DNA of 64,000 bases from assembly GCA_027623675.1 (NCBI GenBank), contig JAQBVF010000007.1, positions 32,001 to 96,000 on the forward strand, given 5' to 3'. The notes below the pieces were generated by a model, which saw only the letters and a list, made by a program, of their open reading frames with translations, made no database searches and was not told where the DNA came from. Below, piece after piece: positions 8,667 through 18,363 of this stretch (its first letter is position 1; every line of letters starts with the position of its first letter). The DNA is from Chloroflexota bacterium. GTDB lineage: Bacteria; Chloroflexota; Dehalococcoidia; Lucifugimonadales; UBA3495. The position numbers and the translations under genes were made by a program.

Positions 8667-10789
8667 GAAGCGAACGACGGCACCGGTGTCGGAGTTGGCG
8701 CAGGCGTGGCCGTCGGAGCGGGCGTCGGCGTCGGCAAGGGAGTACCCGTCGGCACGGGCACCGGTGTCGGACCAGGCGTAGATGTGGGCGTCGCCGTCAG
8801 CACAGGGGTTAGCGTCGGTGTCGGACCAGGCGTCGGTGTCGGCGTCGCCGTCGACACGAGGGTCGGCGCGGGCGTCGCCGTCGGAGTGGTTGTCGCCGCA
8901 GGCGTGGCTATAGGCACGGGTGTAGCCGTCTGGCCTCCCACCGGGGTGGGCGTAGGCGTGGGCGGCAGTTGCGGCGTGGCGGTCGGGAACGGGGTTGGCG
9001 TCGGCACTGCGGTGGGCGAAGGATTAGGCGTGCCAAAGGGAGTCGGAGTGGGCGAAGGTAGACCTGCGCCTGCTTGCACCACCACCGCGGAACCGGCGGT
9101 CAATTCGATCACGCCATCCTTGCTGGAGATGACCAGCGGTTGGTCGTCGTCTATATTCTCCAGATTGACCACATCGCGGGCAACGACGGTTACTTTGGCG
9201 GCGCCGGCAGTGGGGACCGCAGCGGTCAAGTCTTTATTCAATTCGATCTCCACCGGTCCGCTATGAACGGTCACTTCGGTGGAGCCGCAGGTGCCGACGA
9301 AAACGTCACCATTGGTCAGATACAATCTGGTGCCGCACAGGCTGATGGTAGCATTGTTGGTGCCCAGGCCGGAGACCGTGATCAACACTCCCAGTCCGGG
9401 TGCGGTCAGGTCCGCTACGTTGACATCCAGCCCCGCCGACTCAACAACGCTTCCGTAGGTCACTCCACCAAGGTGTTGGTCGGTAAAGCGTCTCGATTTT
9501 ACCAATCTCTCATCGACCAATGCGCCATTCTCGAATGCGCCGTCGATGGTGTCCCAGATGCGGTCATTGTCCCGATCGTAAATGATGTCGGCCACGCCGG
9601 ATGGCTCATGCCAGGACTGAATCAACACCTGATGCGGCGACAGGGAAGACTTTTCTGGGGTCCACGGCAGGGGCGCGATGGGACCCGGGACCTGGCGCAC
9701 CACGGATTTAACGGCAACGCCGCCGTACTTGGTCAGTATCAGATAGTCCCGATAAGACGAACCGAAGATCCAAGTGCCTTCGGTGCCGCCGCTCTGCGAG
9801 AATGGCTTCGTGTAAACCGTCGGGCCGTCTTCGTGTTTCTTATCCACGTCGTTGGAGAAGATGAAGGTGTAGATTCCGGGCTGCACCTCGAAGTACCCGG
9901 TCCGCACGAAAGTCTCCCCGTGGTTGGGGTGGATATGGGCCGACGCCACCAGGTCGTTGCCCTCTTTGTCTTTGGGGTCACCGAAGTATCGGCCGAGTGG
10001 GATTTCCGCCCCGTCGTCCAGCACGGTGCCTCGGAATACCTTTATGGACACTTGATCATGATCCGGATTGTGGTCATTGTGGTCCTCGACCGGCATCGGC
10101 AGGAACGCCCAGTTGACGCTGAACAAGCCAGCTTGAACGTTATTTAGCTGGATAACGAAACTCGCACCCGGCGGGACCGCCTTGAACTCCTCGGCGCCGG
10201 CTGTTGGGTCGATGAATTGATGTGACGCTTCGGGCAGCAGAGTATCGCGGACCTCAGTGGACGTGGCGAAAAAGGACATGCGGTCAAGTTCAACCTGGAA
10301 TTCTTTCTTGCCCTTGAACGTCATTCTCACCCGGGCGAACTTATCGGTTAGGGTATTGATGTAGGCGACAGCCTCTTCTCCGACTTCAAAGGCCATGTAC
10401 CGGTCGATATCGCTGGCCCTTATCTTTTGCTTGAATTTATCGATCTTGCTGAACCCGTCATCATCAGCTTTGGGATCAGCCGGATCGTAGATCCGAATCT
10501 CGACCTCCACATCCTTGTTGCCCTCTTTGGCATCTTCGCCATCCTCAGCGGGAGGCGGCGAAGTTTGATTGGAACGGACCACGAACGGAACCACCAGGGT
10601 GTCCACCTTTTCCAGGTCAAATATACCGCTGGTTACCTCAAATTCGACCTTCCCGTTGTCGCTTTCCAAGGTGAAATACGATAAATCGTCTCTCTGGGTA
10701 TCCGCCATTCCGCCGGAAACGACCGTTCCTTTGCTGAGAACGATCGCATCATTGCCGAACCGGGTGTCGGCGGCGATGGGACCCAGCAT
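7580..10789 (-). CDS. Large extracellular-type protein with Pro/Thr linker and C-terminal 7-repeat beta-propeller-like domain; 5' end probably disrupted
   Basis: 1069-aa ORF; ~130-aa PTPTP linker; seven 52-aa repeats; no signal peptide or clear RBS at the annotated start. Confidence 0.85.
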   Translation of the reverse strand: MLGPIAADTRFGNDAIVLSKGTVVSGGMADTQRDDLSYFTLESDNGKVEFEVTSGIFDLEKVDTLVVPFVVRSNQTSPPPAEDGEDAKEGNKDVEVEIRIYDPADPKADDDGFSKIDKFKQKIRASDIDRYMAFEVGEEAVAYINTLTDKFARVRMTFKGKKEFQVELDRMSFFATSTEVRDTLLPEASHQFIDPTAGAEEFKAVPPGASFVIQLNNVQAGLFSVNWAFLPMPVEDHNDHNPDHDQVSIKVFRGTVLDDGAEIPLGRYFGDPKDKEGNDLVASAHIHPNHGETFVRTGYFEVQPGIYTFIFSNDVDKKHEDGPTVYTKPFSQSGGTEGTWIFGSSYRDYLILTKYGGVAVKSVVRQVPGPIAPLPWTPEKSSLSPHQVLIQSWHEPSGVADIIYDRDNDRIWDTIDGAFENGALVDERLVKSRRFTDQHLGGVTYGSVVESAGLDVNVADLTAPGLGVLITVSGLGTNNATISLCGTRLYLTNGDVFVGTCGSTEVTVHSGPVEIELNKDLTAAVPTAGAAKVTVVARDVVNLENIDDDQPLVISSKDGVIELTAGSAVVVQAGAGLPSPTPTPFGTPNPSPTAVPTPTPFPTATPQLPPTPTPTPVGGQTATPVPIATPAATTTPTATPAPTLVSTATPTPTPGPTPTLTPVLTATPTSTPGPTPVPVPTGTPLPTPTPAPTATPAPTPTPVPSFASDSLEFDTEQGKTADVIAISGNIYAIAYSGSGDDGFLSTFEVSADGQITDTVIDTLEFDDSKGKTPSIVLVSGNVYAVAYAGNGDAGFVKTVEISSSGQITNSVIDTLEFDSDSGKEPVIISVSGNVYAVVYEGNDGDGYLKTISITTAGQIANSVIDTLEFDTSQGESPSITPVSGDIYAIAYSGSGSDGFVKTVDISAAGDISDAVIDTLEFDTTLGKNPEIIKVSGNVYAVAYAGNGDDGFVTTIEISTSGQITDSAIDTLEWDTSKGKNPKLIKVSGNVYAVAYAGNGDDGFVKTIETATNGQITDTVIDTLEFDTLTGKTPAIIHISGDVFAVAYEGPGSDGFLKTIKITTSGGIQD

Positions 10790-11018
10790 GGCGAAGTTGA
10801 CATCCTCAACGTGAAGCGTGAAGCGTGAAGTCCGGACGGTCGCGCCTCAGCCAATGGTGGAAATGGTCGTGTTTGAAGGTGTCGCCACTGTATTTTATTG
10901 AGCTGTCATCATTGGTGTGGGCGAGATTGAAGGTCGCCCATTGAAGGTCGCCCATTTTGCCAGATCACCGTCAAGCCATTTCGCCGGCGGCCGGACTCCC
11001 AAAAACCAGCGGCTTAGC

Positions 11019-11309
11019 TTAACACCGGCCACGTGAGACCACGGTTTCGCAGGGATTGGCGGGGATTATCTCCACGCTGCCCATCTGGCCGAAGGGGGCC
11101 ATAAACTCTTGGACCTTACCGCCGTCCCCGGCTTCTAAGATGAGATGAAGGGTGTGCAAACCCTCGAGAACCGCCGAGGCCTTGACGTCGACCCCGAACC
11201 GGGTTGCGTTGGGCTGGGAGAGTATCTGCAGCAGCATGGGAGCCATCTCTTTGTCACCCGAGGGGCAGGCCTCCGCGGTATGCTCGTGTTTAACTACGAA
11301 TAGCGACAT
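11019..11309 (-). CDS. Small hypothetical protein (DUF3303/GYD-like dimeric alpha-beta barrel)
   Basis: 96-aa ORF with GAGGTG RBS; FVVKHEHTAEACP and F..P...GSVEI pattern. Confidence 0.7.
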   Translation of the reverse strand: MSLFVVKHEHTAEACPSGDKEMAPMLLQILSQPNATRFGVDVKASAVLEGLHTLHLILEAGDGGKVQEFMAPFGQMGSVEIIPANPCETVVSRGRC

Positions 11310-11451
11310 CTTAGATTCACCTCTGGGACTGATTAGGCTGAACGCAGCTTGAAGCGCGCTGCCCGGTCGAAGAATCCCGCGAAAACCCCGCGGTCTGCGC
11401 CCCGACGATTTGCGGAATCGGCCAGGGGAACCAATGCGGGTAAAAGGAAGA

Positions 11452-11525
11452 TGGCTGGGGATGGAGGGTTCGAACCTCCGCTTCCTGATCCAGAGTCAGG
11501 CGTCCTACCACTGGACTAATCCCCA
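11452..11525 (-). tRNA. tRNA-Gln (CTG)
   Basis: TGGGGAT/ATCCCCA acceptor stem, CCTGA-CTCTGGA-TCAGG anticodon arm, GGTTCGAACC T-arm, encoded CCA. Confidence 0.96.
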
Positions 11526-11812
11526 ATCTTAAAGAGGCTTGGCCTGACGTCGGCTCGGTCTAGGTCTCCCAAGTCCCAGTCAGGCTACAACTATGGTATT
11601 GACGGGCCAGAACGGTGTCAAGGCGCAGGCATCCGGCCAACTTGATATGCAACTTGACATACAATGGCGTTTGTAACAAAATTCGGGGTGCCGTGCCCCA
11701 GCCTCTAATAATACACCGCCTACCTTATATAACAACACGATATATGACACTCAGGCGCCGACGCTGATAAGGGCCACCGGCGGCAAATCCGGTTAAGAAT
11801 GAGGGACGATTC

Positions 11813-12610
11813 ATGACGCTCGCGAAAACCGCCAACCAGTCCACGGTCACGGTTTCCGGCCACGATGTAGAGTTGCACAAAGGCGGGTCCGGACCGCCTC
11901 TGTTATTCCTGCACGGCGGCGGCGGATTCGGCACTTATGACCCAACCACCGGCCCATTGGCTGAGAATTTCACCGTATACGCGCCGTCGCATCCGGGCTT
12001 CTTCGGCACTGCCCGGCCCGATTGGCTCTACACCATAAGAGACGCAGCCCACTTCACCAAGGACCTCGCCAGGGAGTTGGGCTTGAACGACTACGTTCTG
12101 GCCGGACATTCCATCGGCGGCTGGATCGCCGCTGAGATGGCCGCCATGGACAGCCACAACATCAAGGCCCTGGTGCTGATCGACGCCGCTGGCATACGCC
12201 CGGAGAAAGGCGAGATCACCGAGATCTTCATGGTTTCGGACCAGACCCGGCTGAAACTGGCGTTCCACGACCCGGCCCAGGTGCCCAACTACGATTTCTT
12301 CACCGCCGAGCGGACCCCCGAGGAAGCGGCGGTGGCCCACGGCAACATGGAGATGCTGTCTCGACTCTGCTGGAAGCCCTATCTCCACAATCCCAGCCTG
12401 CCCCATTACCTGGCCGGGGTTAGCTCTCCGGCGCTGGTCGTCTGGGGCAAGGACGACGCCATAATCCCCGTGGAGTGCGGCGAGATGTACGCCAAGTTCC
12501 TGCCCAATGCCACGCTCAAGACCATCGACAACTGTGGCCACAGCCCCCAGATGGAGAAGCCGCAGGAGTTCAACGACGCGGTCTCGGCGTTCCTGGGCGA
12601 GCTTAAGTAA
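11813..12610 (+). CDS. Alpha/beta hydrolase
   Basis: LFLHGGGG, GHSIGG nucleophile elbow, WGKDD, CGHSPQME. Confidence 0.92.
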   Translation: MTLAKTANQSTVTVSGHDVELHKGGSGPPLLFLHGGGGFGTYDPTTGPLAENFTVYAPSHPGFFGTARPDWLYTIRDAAHFTKDLARELGLNDYVLAGHSIGGWIAAEMAAMDSHNIKALVLIDAAGIRPEKGEITEIFMVSDQTRLKLAFHDPAQVPNYDFFTAERTPEEAAVAHGNMEMLSRLCWKPYLHNPSLPHYLAGVSSPALVVWGKDDAIIPVECGEMYAKFLPNATLKTIDNCGHSPQMEKPQEFNDAVSAFLGELK

Positions 12611-12731
12611 CCGCCTAACGGCTCGGGCTTCAGCGCAAACTAAATCAACAGGGGCACCATGGTTCGCCGGGGTGCCCCTGATTTTCGTTCGCCGGGCTTT
12701 TTGCCAGGTTTATTTTGCCGGGTTTATATCG

Positions 12732-14003
12732 TTAACCGACCACGCCGTCCTCGCGCCAATCGTCGATCTGTTTCTGATCGAAGCCCAGCGATCCCAGTAT
12801 CTCGCCGGCGTGCTGCCCCAACGCGGGCGACGCTTGGGGAGGATCGGGCGCCGTGCCCCGAAAGTGGGCCATGGGACCCATCATCTTGACCTTGCCCTCT
12901 TGGATGTGTTCCGTCTCGGTTACCAGACCGTTGGCGACCACCTGCGGGTCTTCAAACAACTCCTCGATGAAACGCACCGGGCCGGCGGGGATGGCGCGGG
13001 CCTCGAATATCCGGAGCCACTCGGCGCTGGACCTGGATGCCAACAGTTCCTCGGCCTGCCTTTCCAACGCCTGGCTGTAGGCCCGGGACTCGGGTTTGGT
13101 TGGGTCCCAGCCCGGCTCCAGGCCGTCGTCAGTCATGCCCAACGTGTCCAGGAGGCGGCGGCGCAGCGGGTCGCTGAGGCAGCCCACGCCGATGGGGGCG
13201 TCCTTGGTGTAGTAGATGCGGTAATAGAGGTTGCCGTGGTGCTCCCGGCGGCGGCTTCCCGGAGATATGGCGACCATCTCTTCGTAGGTTGCACCCTCTT
13301 CCCGTTTGGCCTTTAGTTCACTGACGGTCTTAGCCCTGGTCTCGGCGTCCAGCGATTCCACGTGCAGGAACCTGGCGCCCATCAAAGACAGGGCCGACGC
13401 CAGAAGACTGGTCTCGATCTTCTGGCCGATCCCGGTCTTCTCCCTGGCGTACAGGGCGGCGCAGACCGACCAGGCCATGCAGATGCCGGCCGAGGTGTCG
13501 ATCAGAGGACTGGACCAGACCCACGATGGCACGCCATCCAGGGTCTTGGTTTCTGAGGCGACCATCCCGGTCATGGCCTGCACGATCATGTCGTAGCCGG
13601 GACGGTCGGCGTCGGGGCCTTCGCGTCCGTAGGCGGTCAGTTCGCAGTAGACCAGCCGGGGGTTGATGGCGGATAGCGTTTCGTAGTCCACGCCCAGCTT
13701 GGCGGCCACATCGGGGCGGAAGTTGACCAGGGCGATGTCCATCTCCGGGATGAGGCGTTTAATGATCTCGGCCGCGCCCTCCTTGGTCAGGTCGAGGGGC
13801 AGGCTGCGCTTACCCCGGTTGTAGGTCATAAAGGTGCGGCTCTCGGTGGGTGTGAACCGCTGGGTTAGCCGCCAAGGCTCGCCCCAGGGCGGCTCCACCT
13901 TGATCACGTCGGCGCCCAGGTCGGCCAGCAGCCGGCCGGCCAAAGGCCCAGCGATGATCTCGGTGAAATCGACGACTCTGACGCCGTCCAGGGGTCCGGG
14001 CAT
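12732..14003 (-). CDS. CaiB/BaiF family III CoA-transferase
   Basis: GPLDGVRVVD, LADLGADVIKVE, NRGKRS, RPGYD. Confidence 0.94.
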   Translation of the reverse strand: MPGPLDGVRVVDFTEIIAGPLAGRLLADLGADVIKVEPPWGEPWRLTQRFTPTESRTFMTYNRGKRSLPLDLTKEGAAEIIKRLIPEMDIALVNFRPDVAAKLGVDYETLSAINPRLVYCELTAYGREGPDADRPGYDMIVQAMTGMVASETKTLDGVPSWVWSSPLIDTSAGICMAWSVCAALYAREKTGIGQKIETSLLASALSLMGARFLHVESLDAETRAKTVSELKAKREEGATYEEMVAISPGSRRREHHGNLYYRIYYTKDAPIGVGCLSDPLRRRLLDTLGMTDDGLEPGWDPTKPESRAYSQALERQAEELLASRSSAEWLRIFEARAIPAGPVRFIEELFEDPQVVANGLVTETEHIQEGKVKMMGPMAHFRGTAPDPPQASPALGQHAGEILGSLGFDQKQIDDWREDGVVG

Positions 14004-14491
14004 GTGGGTTCTCCTGGATGCCGGCAATCAGCCGCCGGCCATCAGCTTTCGGATACCGGCATTATGCCCAAAGGTGGGAACGCGCCGCAATGGGGTGTGT
14101 TGGGATGGCCGGCAAATAGATTATCGCTCAAACTCCGATTTCGCCGCCCACCTTGAGGTTCTCGGAGGACGCACACCAGTCAAGTAACTGATCAACAAAA
14201 ACTAGGGTCATCAACAGCGGTGGTTCGACGAGCTCACCATGAGCGGCCCTGCTCCTTAAGTTCCCTACGATGGAAAGAGGCTGGAAATACACTGGAACCA
14301 CCCCGGAAAATCCCTGAATGAATAGTGTTCGTGGTTTGCCGATGCATCGACGCTGCCGCCTCGAACAAGGTCGTGAGTCTCGCTGATTGACCGGCGGACC
14401 TAACGCCGCCTCGTGGGTGGGCCAAACAACTCCTAGCTCTGGAGCGGGGCTTCTTCGGTAGCCCGCGCCTGTACCGCGCCTGGCCCGTGCG

Positions 14492-14500
14492 TGTTATAAT
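14492..14500 (+). promoter_or_regulatory. Extended -10 promoter of tRNA-Pro
   Basis: TG-T-TATAAT 10 nt upstream of the tRNA. Confidence 0.7.
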
Positions 14501-14510
14501 TACGGCGCGT

Positions 14511-14587
14511 CGGGGTGTGGCCCAGTCCGGTAGGGCACCTGCATGGGGTGTAGGGGGTCGTCGGTTCGAATCCGACCACCCCGACCA
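14511..14587 (+). tRNA. tRNA-Pro (GGG)
   Basis: CGGGGTG/CACCCCG acceptor stem, CCTGC-ATGGGGT-GTAGG anticodon arm, GGTTCGAATCC, encoded CCA. Confidence 0.95.
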
Positions 14588-14595
14588 GAAAAAGA

Positions 14596-14634
14596 AAAAC
14601 GACCGTCCCGGATTGACCGGGACGGTCGTTTTTT
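14596..14634. terminator. Bidirectional intrinsic terminator after tRNA-Pro
   Basis: AAAACGACCGTCCCGG / CCGGGACGGTCGTTTT. Confidence 0.85.
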
Positions 14635-14865
14635 GTGTGCCGTGGAGTTGGACCCTTTAGGAGCCTAACCCCCCAAGGTGAAGGTAAGATTCACGCCGCC
14701 GGCCGGGCAGACGGAGAGCTTCATCACAGAGGCATTTCCGGTGACTCCGGTCAGGCCCCCGGTGATTTCGCTCAGTTTGAGCTAGGCGCTCCAGGTTATG
14801 TCCACCCTGTTGGACCTCCAACCGACCACGAAGGTGCCCGGCGCTGAAGGCTCAGATAACGGCGG

Positions 14866-16050
14866 TTACGCCGCCTTTTCCACGTTGAACTTGGGCATTA
14901 CCTCTTTGCCGAACCGCTCGAGCTGCTCGATCATTACGTCCAGCGGCGTGCCCTGGCGGCTGCAGCCCACGTGCATGTACTCAAGTCCGGGGTACCGGTC
15001 CTGCAGCTCCATGATGCGCTCGGTGATGTGCTCGGCGGTGCCGCAGAGCCAGGCCCCGGCGGCCACGGTGTCTTCCATCGTCGGGAATCCATAGGTGGGA
15101 GCGCGCTTGGGGTCGCCCAGGGCCTCAATCATCTCCGGCGAGAAGCCCCGGAAGAACCCCAGCGGCGCGAACATCTTCATGTCCTCCTCCAGGTATTTCC
15201 GTGACTGGTCGATAGCCTCTTTCTCGCTATCGGCGATGAACGTGGGCAGGCCAACCACCAATCTGCTGCCCAGTTGGGCGTCCTGGTGGCCGTGCTTGAC
15301 CAGTGTCTCGGTCCAGCGTTTGATGACATCGTCGGACGGCCCTCCGGTGACGGCTCCGCCGCCGACGATAGCCTGGATCTGGTGTTTGGCCATGAAGTCC
15401 ATGGCCCGCTGGCTGGCGCTGACCATGGGCTGCCAGGTCTCAACCGGCAGGTACTTGGGCCGGGGCACCAGGGTGATCTCTTTCAGGGTGTAGCCGCGGT
15501 AAGGCACCTCGGGCGGCAGGTCGTAGTGCTTGCCGTGGTGGGAGAACGACTTCTCGTTGAACGCCTTCATGATGACTTCGACCTGTTCTTCGAATATCTC
15601 ACGGTTGGCGTCGCTGTCGGTGTTGGTGCTGGGCACTCCAAAGGTGTCCACCTCGCGGGAGTGGTAGCCGCGGCCAACGCCGAAGATCACCCGGCCGTTG
15701 GTCAAGATGTCGGCGGTGGCGTAGTCCTCGGCCAGGCGCAGGGGGTGCCACATGGGGTTGACGTTGAATCCGCAGCCGAACTTCAGGTTCTTGGTCAGGT
15801 GGGCCAGGTGCACGTAGAGCAGCAACAGGTTGGGTATGGTCTCGTTGCCCTCGTGCTGGAAGTGATGTTCCGCAGCCCAGAAGCTGTGATAACCAAGGTC
15901 GTCCATCACCTTAACCATCTGCTCCACCCGGTTGAAGATGGTCGAGAGGTGCTCATTGTCGAAGCGTCTGTCATTCAGGGCGGTGGCGCCCAGACCCAGG
16001 TCTCCCAGGTCGACATGTCCGGCGTATAGGTTGCCGAATTTAGTGATCAA
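14866..16050 (-). CDS. LLM-class flavin-dependent oxidoreductase
   Basis: WAAEHHF, WHPLRLAEDYATADILTNGRVIFGVGRG; TTG start. Confidence 0.92.
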   Translation of the reverse strand: MITKFGNLYAGHVDLGDLGLGATALNDRRFDNEHLSTIFNRVEQMVKVMDDLGYHSFWAAEHHFQHEGNETIPNLLLLYVHLAHLTKNLKFGCGFNVNPMWHPLRLAEDYATADILTNGRVIFGVGRGYHSREVDTFGVPSTNTDSDANREIFEEQVEVIMKAFNEKSFSHHGKHYDLPPEVPYRGYTLKEITLVPRPKYLPVETWQPMVSASQRAMDFMAKHQIQAIVGGGAVTGGPSDDVIKRWTETLVKHGHQDAQLGSRLVVGLPTFIADSEKEAIDQSRKYLEEDMKMFAPLGFFRGFSPEMIEALGDPKRAPTYGFPTMEDTVAAGAWLCGTAEHITERIMELQDRYPGLEYMHVGCSRQGTPLDVMIEQLERFGKEVMPKFNVEKAA

Positions 16051-16118
16051 TTTTTCAGTCCTTGATTCTGTATTAGGGTCGGAACGGTTCCTGACATTCT
16101 AAAGGCGCGGTCTTCATT

Positions 16119-16181
16119 GTCAATCGCGGTCAATCGCGGTCAATCGCGGTCAATCGCGGTCAATCGCGGTCAATCGCGGTC
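16119..16181. repeat. Perfect tandem repeat (CAATCGCGGT)x6
   Basis: Six identical 10-mers at 16121-16180 in a divergent intergenic region. Confidence 0.98.
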
Positions 16182-16354
16182 GGACGCTTGTTGGCGAGCG
16201 CCCTTCGTGCCCCAGCCACTGTTGACGCTGCGTGGGGCCGCCATTATCATCCTTGCTTAAGCCAAGGTCCGCCGGTCCACTGGATAAGCCCTTGATAATA
16301 AGGCCTCTGCCACGAGACGCATCACATCAAAGGAGAGCGAAAGGGAGAGCGAAA

Positions 16355-17905
16355 ATGAAGTACGACACGATCGTTGTCGGAGCCGGCTCGGCCGGTTCGA
16401 TCATGGCTTCCCGGCTCAGCGAAGACCCACACCACTCCGTGTTGCTATTGGAAGCCGGGCCGGACTACCCCGAGTTCGAGCACCTGCCCGATGAGGTGAA
16501 GTTCGGTTACGCCACCGCCACCGACATCATGACCAGCGACCACAACTGGCAGTTCTGGGGCAAGGCTACCGAGACTGCCCCGCCCATGATGGTCCCCCGC
16601 GGCAAGGTTACCGGCGGGTCCAGCGCCATCAACGGCCAGGTATTCCTACGGGGAGTGCCCGAGGACTACGACTCCTGGGCGGCCATGGGCAACGACGAGT
16701 GGGCCTTTCCCAATCTCCTGCAGTACTTCAGGAAGATCGAGACGGACACCGACTTTCCCGATGATGACTTCCATAGCTCGGAGGGTCCGATCATAGCCCG
16801 CCGGTTCAAGCAGGACGAGTTGTTGCCCGACCAGTCGGCCTTCCAAGCCGCCTCCCGGGCCGCCGGATTCCCGGAGAGCCCCGACCACAACCATCCCGAG
16901 GCATCAGGCATCGGCCCGATCCCCTTCAACAACCCCAACGGCATCCGGTTCAGCACCGCCCTGGGCTACCTGAACCCGGCCCGGCACCGGCTCAACCTGA
17001 CCATCCGCCCCAACTGCGCCACCCGGCGGATAATCTTCGATGGCAAGCGGGCCGTGGGCGTGGAAGTTGAAAGCGGCGGCGAGCGATTCACCGCCCAAGC
17101 CGACCAGATCGTGCTCAGTTCCGGCGCCATCGGGTCGCCCCACCTCCTGCTGCTGTCGGGTGTCGGCCCGTCCGCCCACCTGCGGGAGATGGGCATACCG
17201 GTGGTGCACGATCTGCCCGGCGTGGGCCAGAACCTGCGCGACCACCCCATGATCTACGTTACTTTCAGGACCAAGGCCAGCTACCCATTGGACGGGTTGG
17301 CGCCCAGGGTCCAGATGGGCCTGCGGTGGACGGCCGATGGCTCGGAGTACCGCAACGACCTGATGATTCTGATGCAGTCCTACGCCACCGAGCGGGTGGA
17401 CCGGGGCGGGGAACGCATGGAGCCGCTGGGCATCCGCATGCTGGGCGTGTTGGACCTGGCCATGGGCTCGGGAGAGTTGAAACTCACATCCGCGGACCCG
17501 GATGAGCAGCCATTCTTGGACTACCGTTATCTGCAGGACCCCTTTGACCGGCAGCGGATGCGGGAGATGGTGCGGACCTGCGTCAACCTGGGACAACATG
17601 AAAGCTTCAAAGACATAGTGGAGCACCGGATCGAGCCAACCGACGAGGAGTTGGCCTCCGACGACGCCCTGGACGCTTTCTGCGCCCGCGACGTCACCAC
17701 CGGTCAGCACATATCGGGCACGTGCAAGATGGGCCCCGCCTCCGACGGCATGGCGGTGGTCGACCAGCACGGCAGGGTGCACGGCCTGGATGGCCTGCGG
17801 ATCGCCGACGCGTCGGTCATGCCCAATTGCATCCGCGCCAACACCAACGTCACCACCATGATGATCGGCGAGCACATGGCCGACTTCATCAAGAATGGAG
17901 GCTAG
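16355..17905 (+). CDS. GMC oxidoreductase (choline dehydrogenase/MftG-like)
   Basis: GAGSAG, RGKVTGGSSAING, GVGQNLRDHP, HISGTCKMG, DASVMP. Confidence 0.94.
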   Translation: MKYDTIVVGAGSAGSIMASRLSEDPHHSVLLLEAGPDYPEFEHLPDEVKFGYATATDIMTSDHNWQFWGKATETAPPMMVPRGKVTGGSSAINGQVFLRGVPEDYDSWAAMGNDEWAFPNLLQYFRKIETDTDFPDDDFHSSEGPIIARRFKQDELLPDQSAFQAASRAAGFPESPDHNHPEASGIGPIPFNNPNGIRFSTALGYLNPARHRLNLTIRPNCATRRIIFDGKRAVGVEVESGGERFTAQADQIVLSSGAIGSPHLLLLSGVGPSAHLREMGIPVVHDLPGVGQNLRDHPMIYVTFRTKASYPLDGLAPRVQMGLRWTADGSEYRNDLMILMQSYATERVDRGGERMEPLGIRMLGVLDLAMGSGELKLTSADPDEQPFLDYRYLQDPFDRQRMREMVRTCVNLGQHESFKDIVEHRIEPTDEELASDDALDAFCARDVTTGQHISGTCKMGPASDGMAVVDQHGRVHGLDGLRIADASVMPNCIRANTNVTTMMIGEHMADFIKNGG

Positions 17906-18041
17906 GCATCAGGGCAAAAAATCAGTCGGGGGTTCTTCTACAGGCTCGGGACGGCAAGATCGACTCTTGATTCTTGGGGACATTGCCCCAACGGTAACTG
18001 TGGGGAAGCGTCAAGGTATGATATTAAAGGCGCCCTTCAAA

Positions 18042-18130
18042 TGTCACGCTGAGTCCTTCGGGAGAAGGGCGAAGGGTCTGCCAAGTTGATGATTGGCAGG
18101 TTCTTCCTCGCTTCACTCGTCAGAATGACA
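18042..18130. repeat. REP-like TGTCA...TGACA hairpin element
   Basis: TGTCACGCTGAG...CAGAATGACA ends with internal CTGCCAA/TTGGCAG stem; resembles the core of the 32770 and 44717 elements. Confidence 0.55.
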
Positions 18131-18363
18131 TCATTGAGGCGATGCCCTCCCGAAGCGAAATTTTAGGTCTGCCGATCCGTCGGTGAGACTCTCGGCATGG
18201 CCGAAGATCGGGCGCCTAGTCACCGTCCGCTCGTGGTGAGCCCGGTCAAAATCCGCTCGTGGTGAACCCTTCGAACCATCACTCCGCGTAAACCAATGAG
18301 ATTCATTCGGGAGAACGCCCCACCAACTCCCAGATACCACAACCCGGACAAAGGTGCATAAAC

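Noticed and set aside
8604..10147. Long plus-strand ORFs (220 aa GV-rich, 357 aa)
   Set aside because: Antisense shadows of the PT linker and body of the real minus-strand gene
7580..11525. tRNA-Gln-anchored genomic island
   Set aside because: No integrase and no duplicated tRNA 3' end seen in the window
11317..11526. 69-aa ORF (and 53821-54030)
   Set aside because: Overlap tRNA-Gln and the 5S rRNA respectively
16119..16181. Repeat arrays (also 7580-8666) as CRISPR
   Set aside because: No unique spacers and no cas genes; one is a minisatellite, the other a coding repeat
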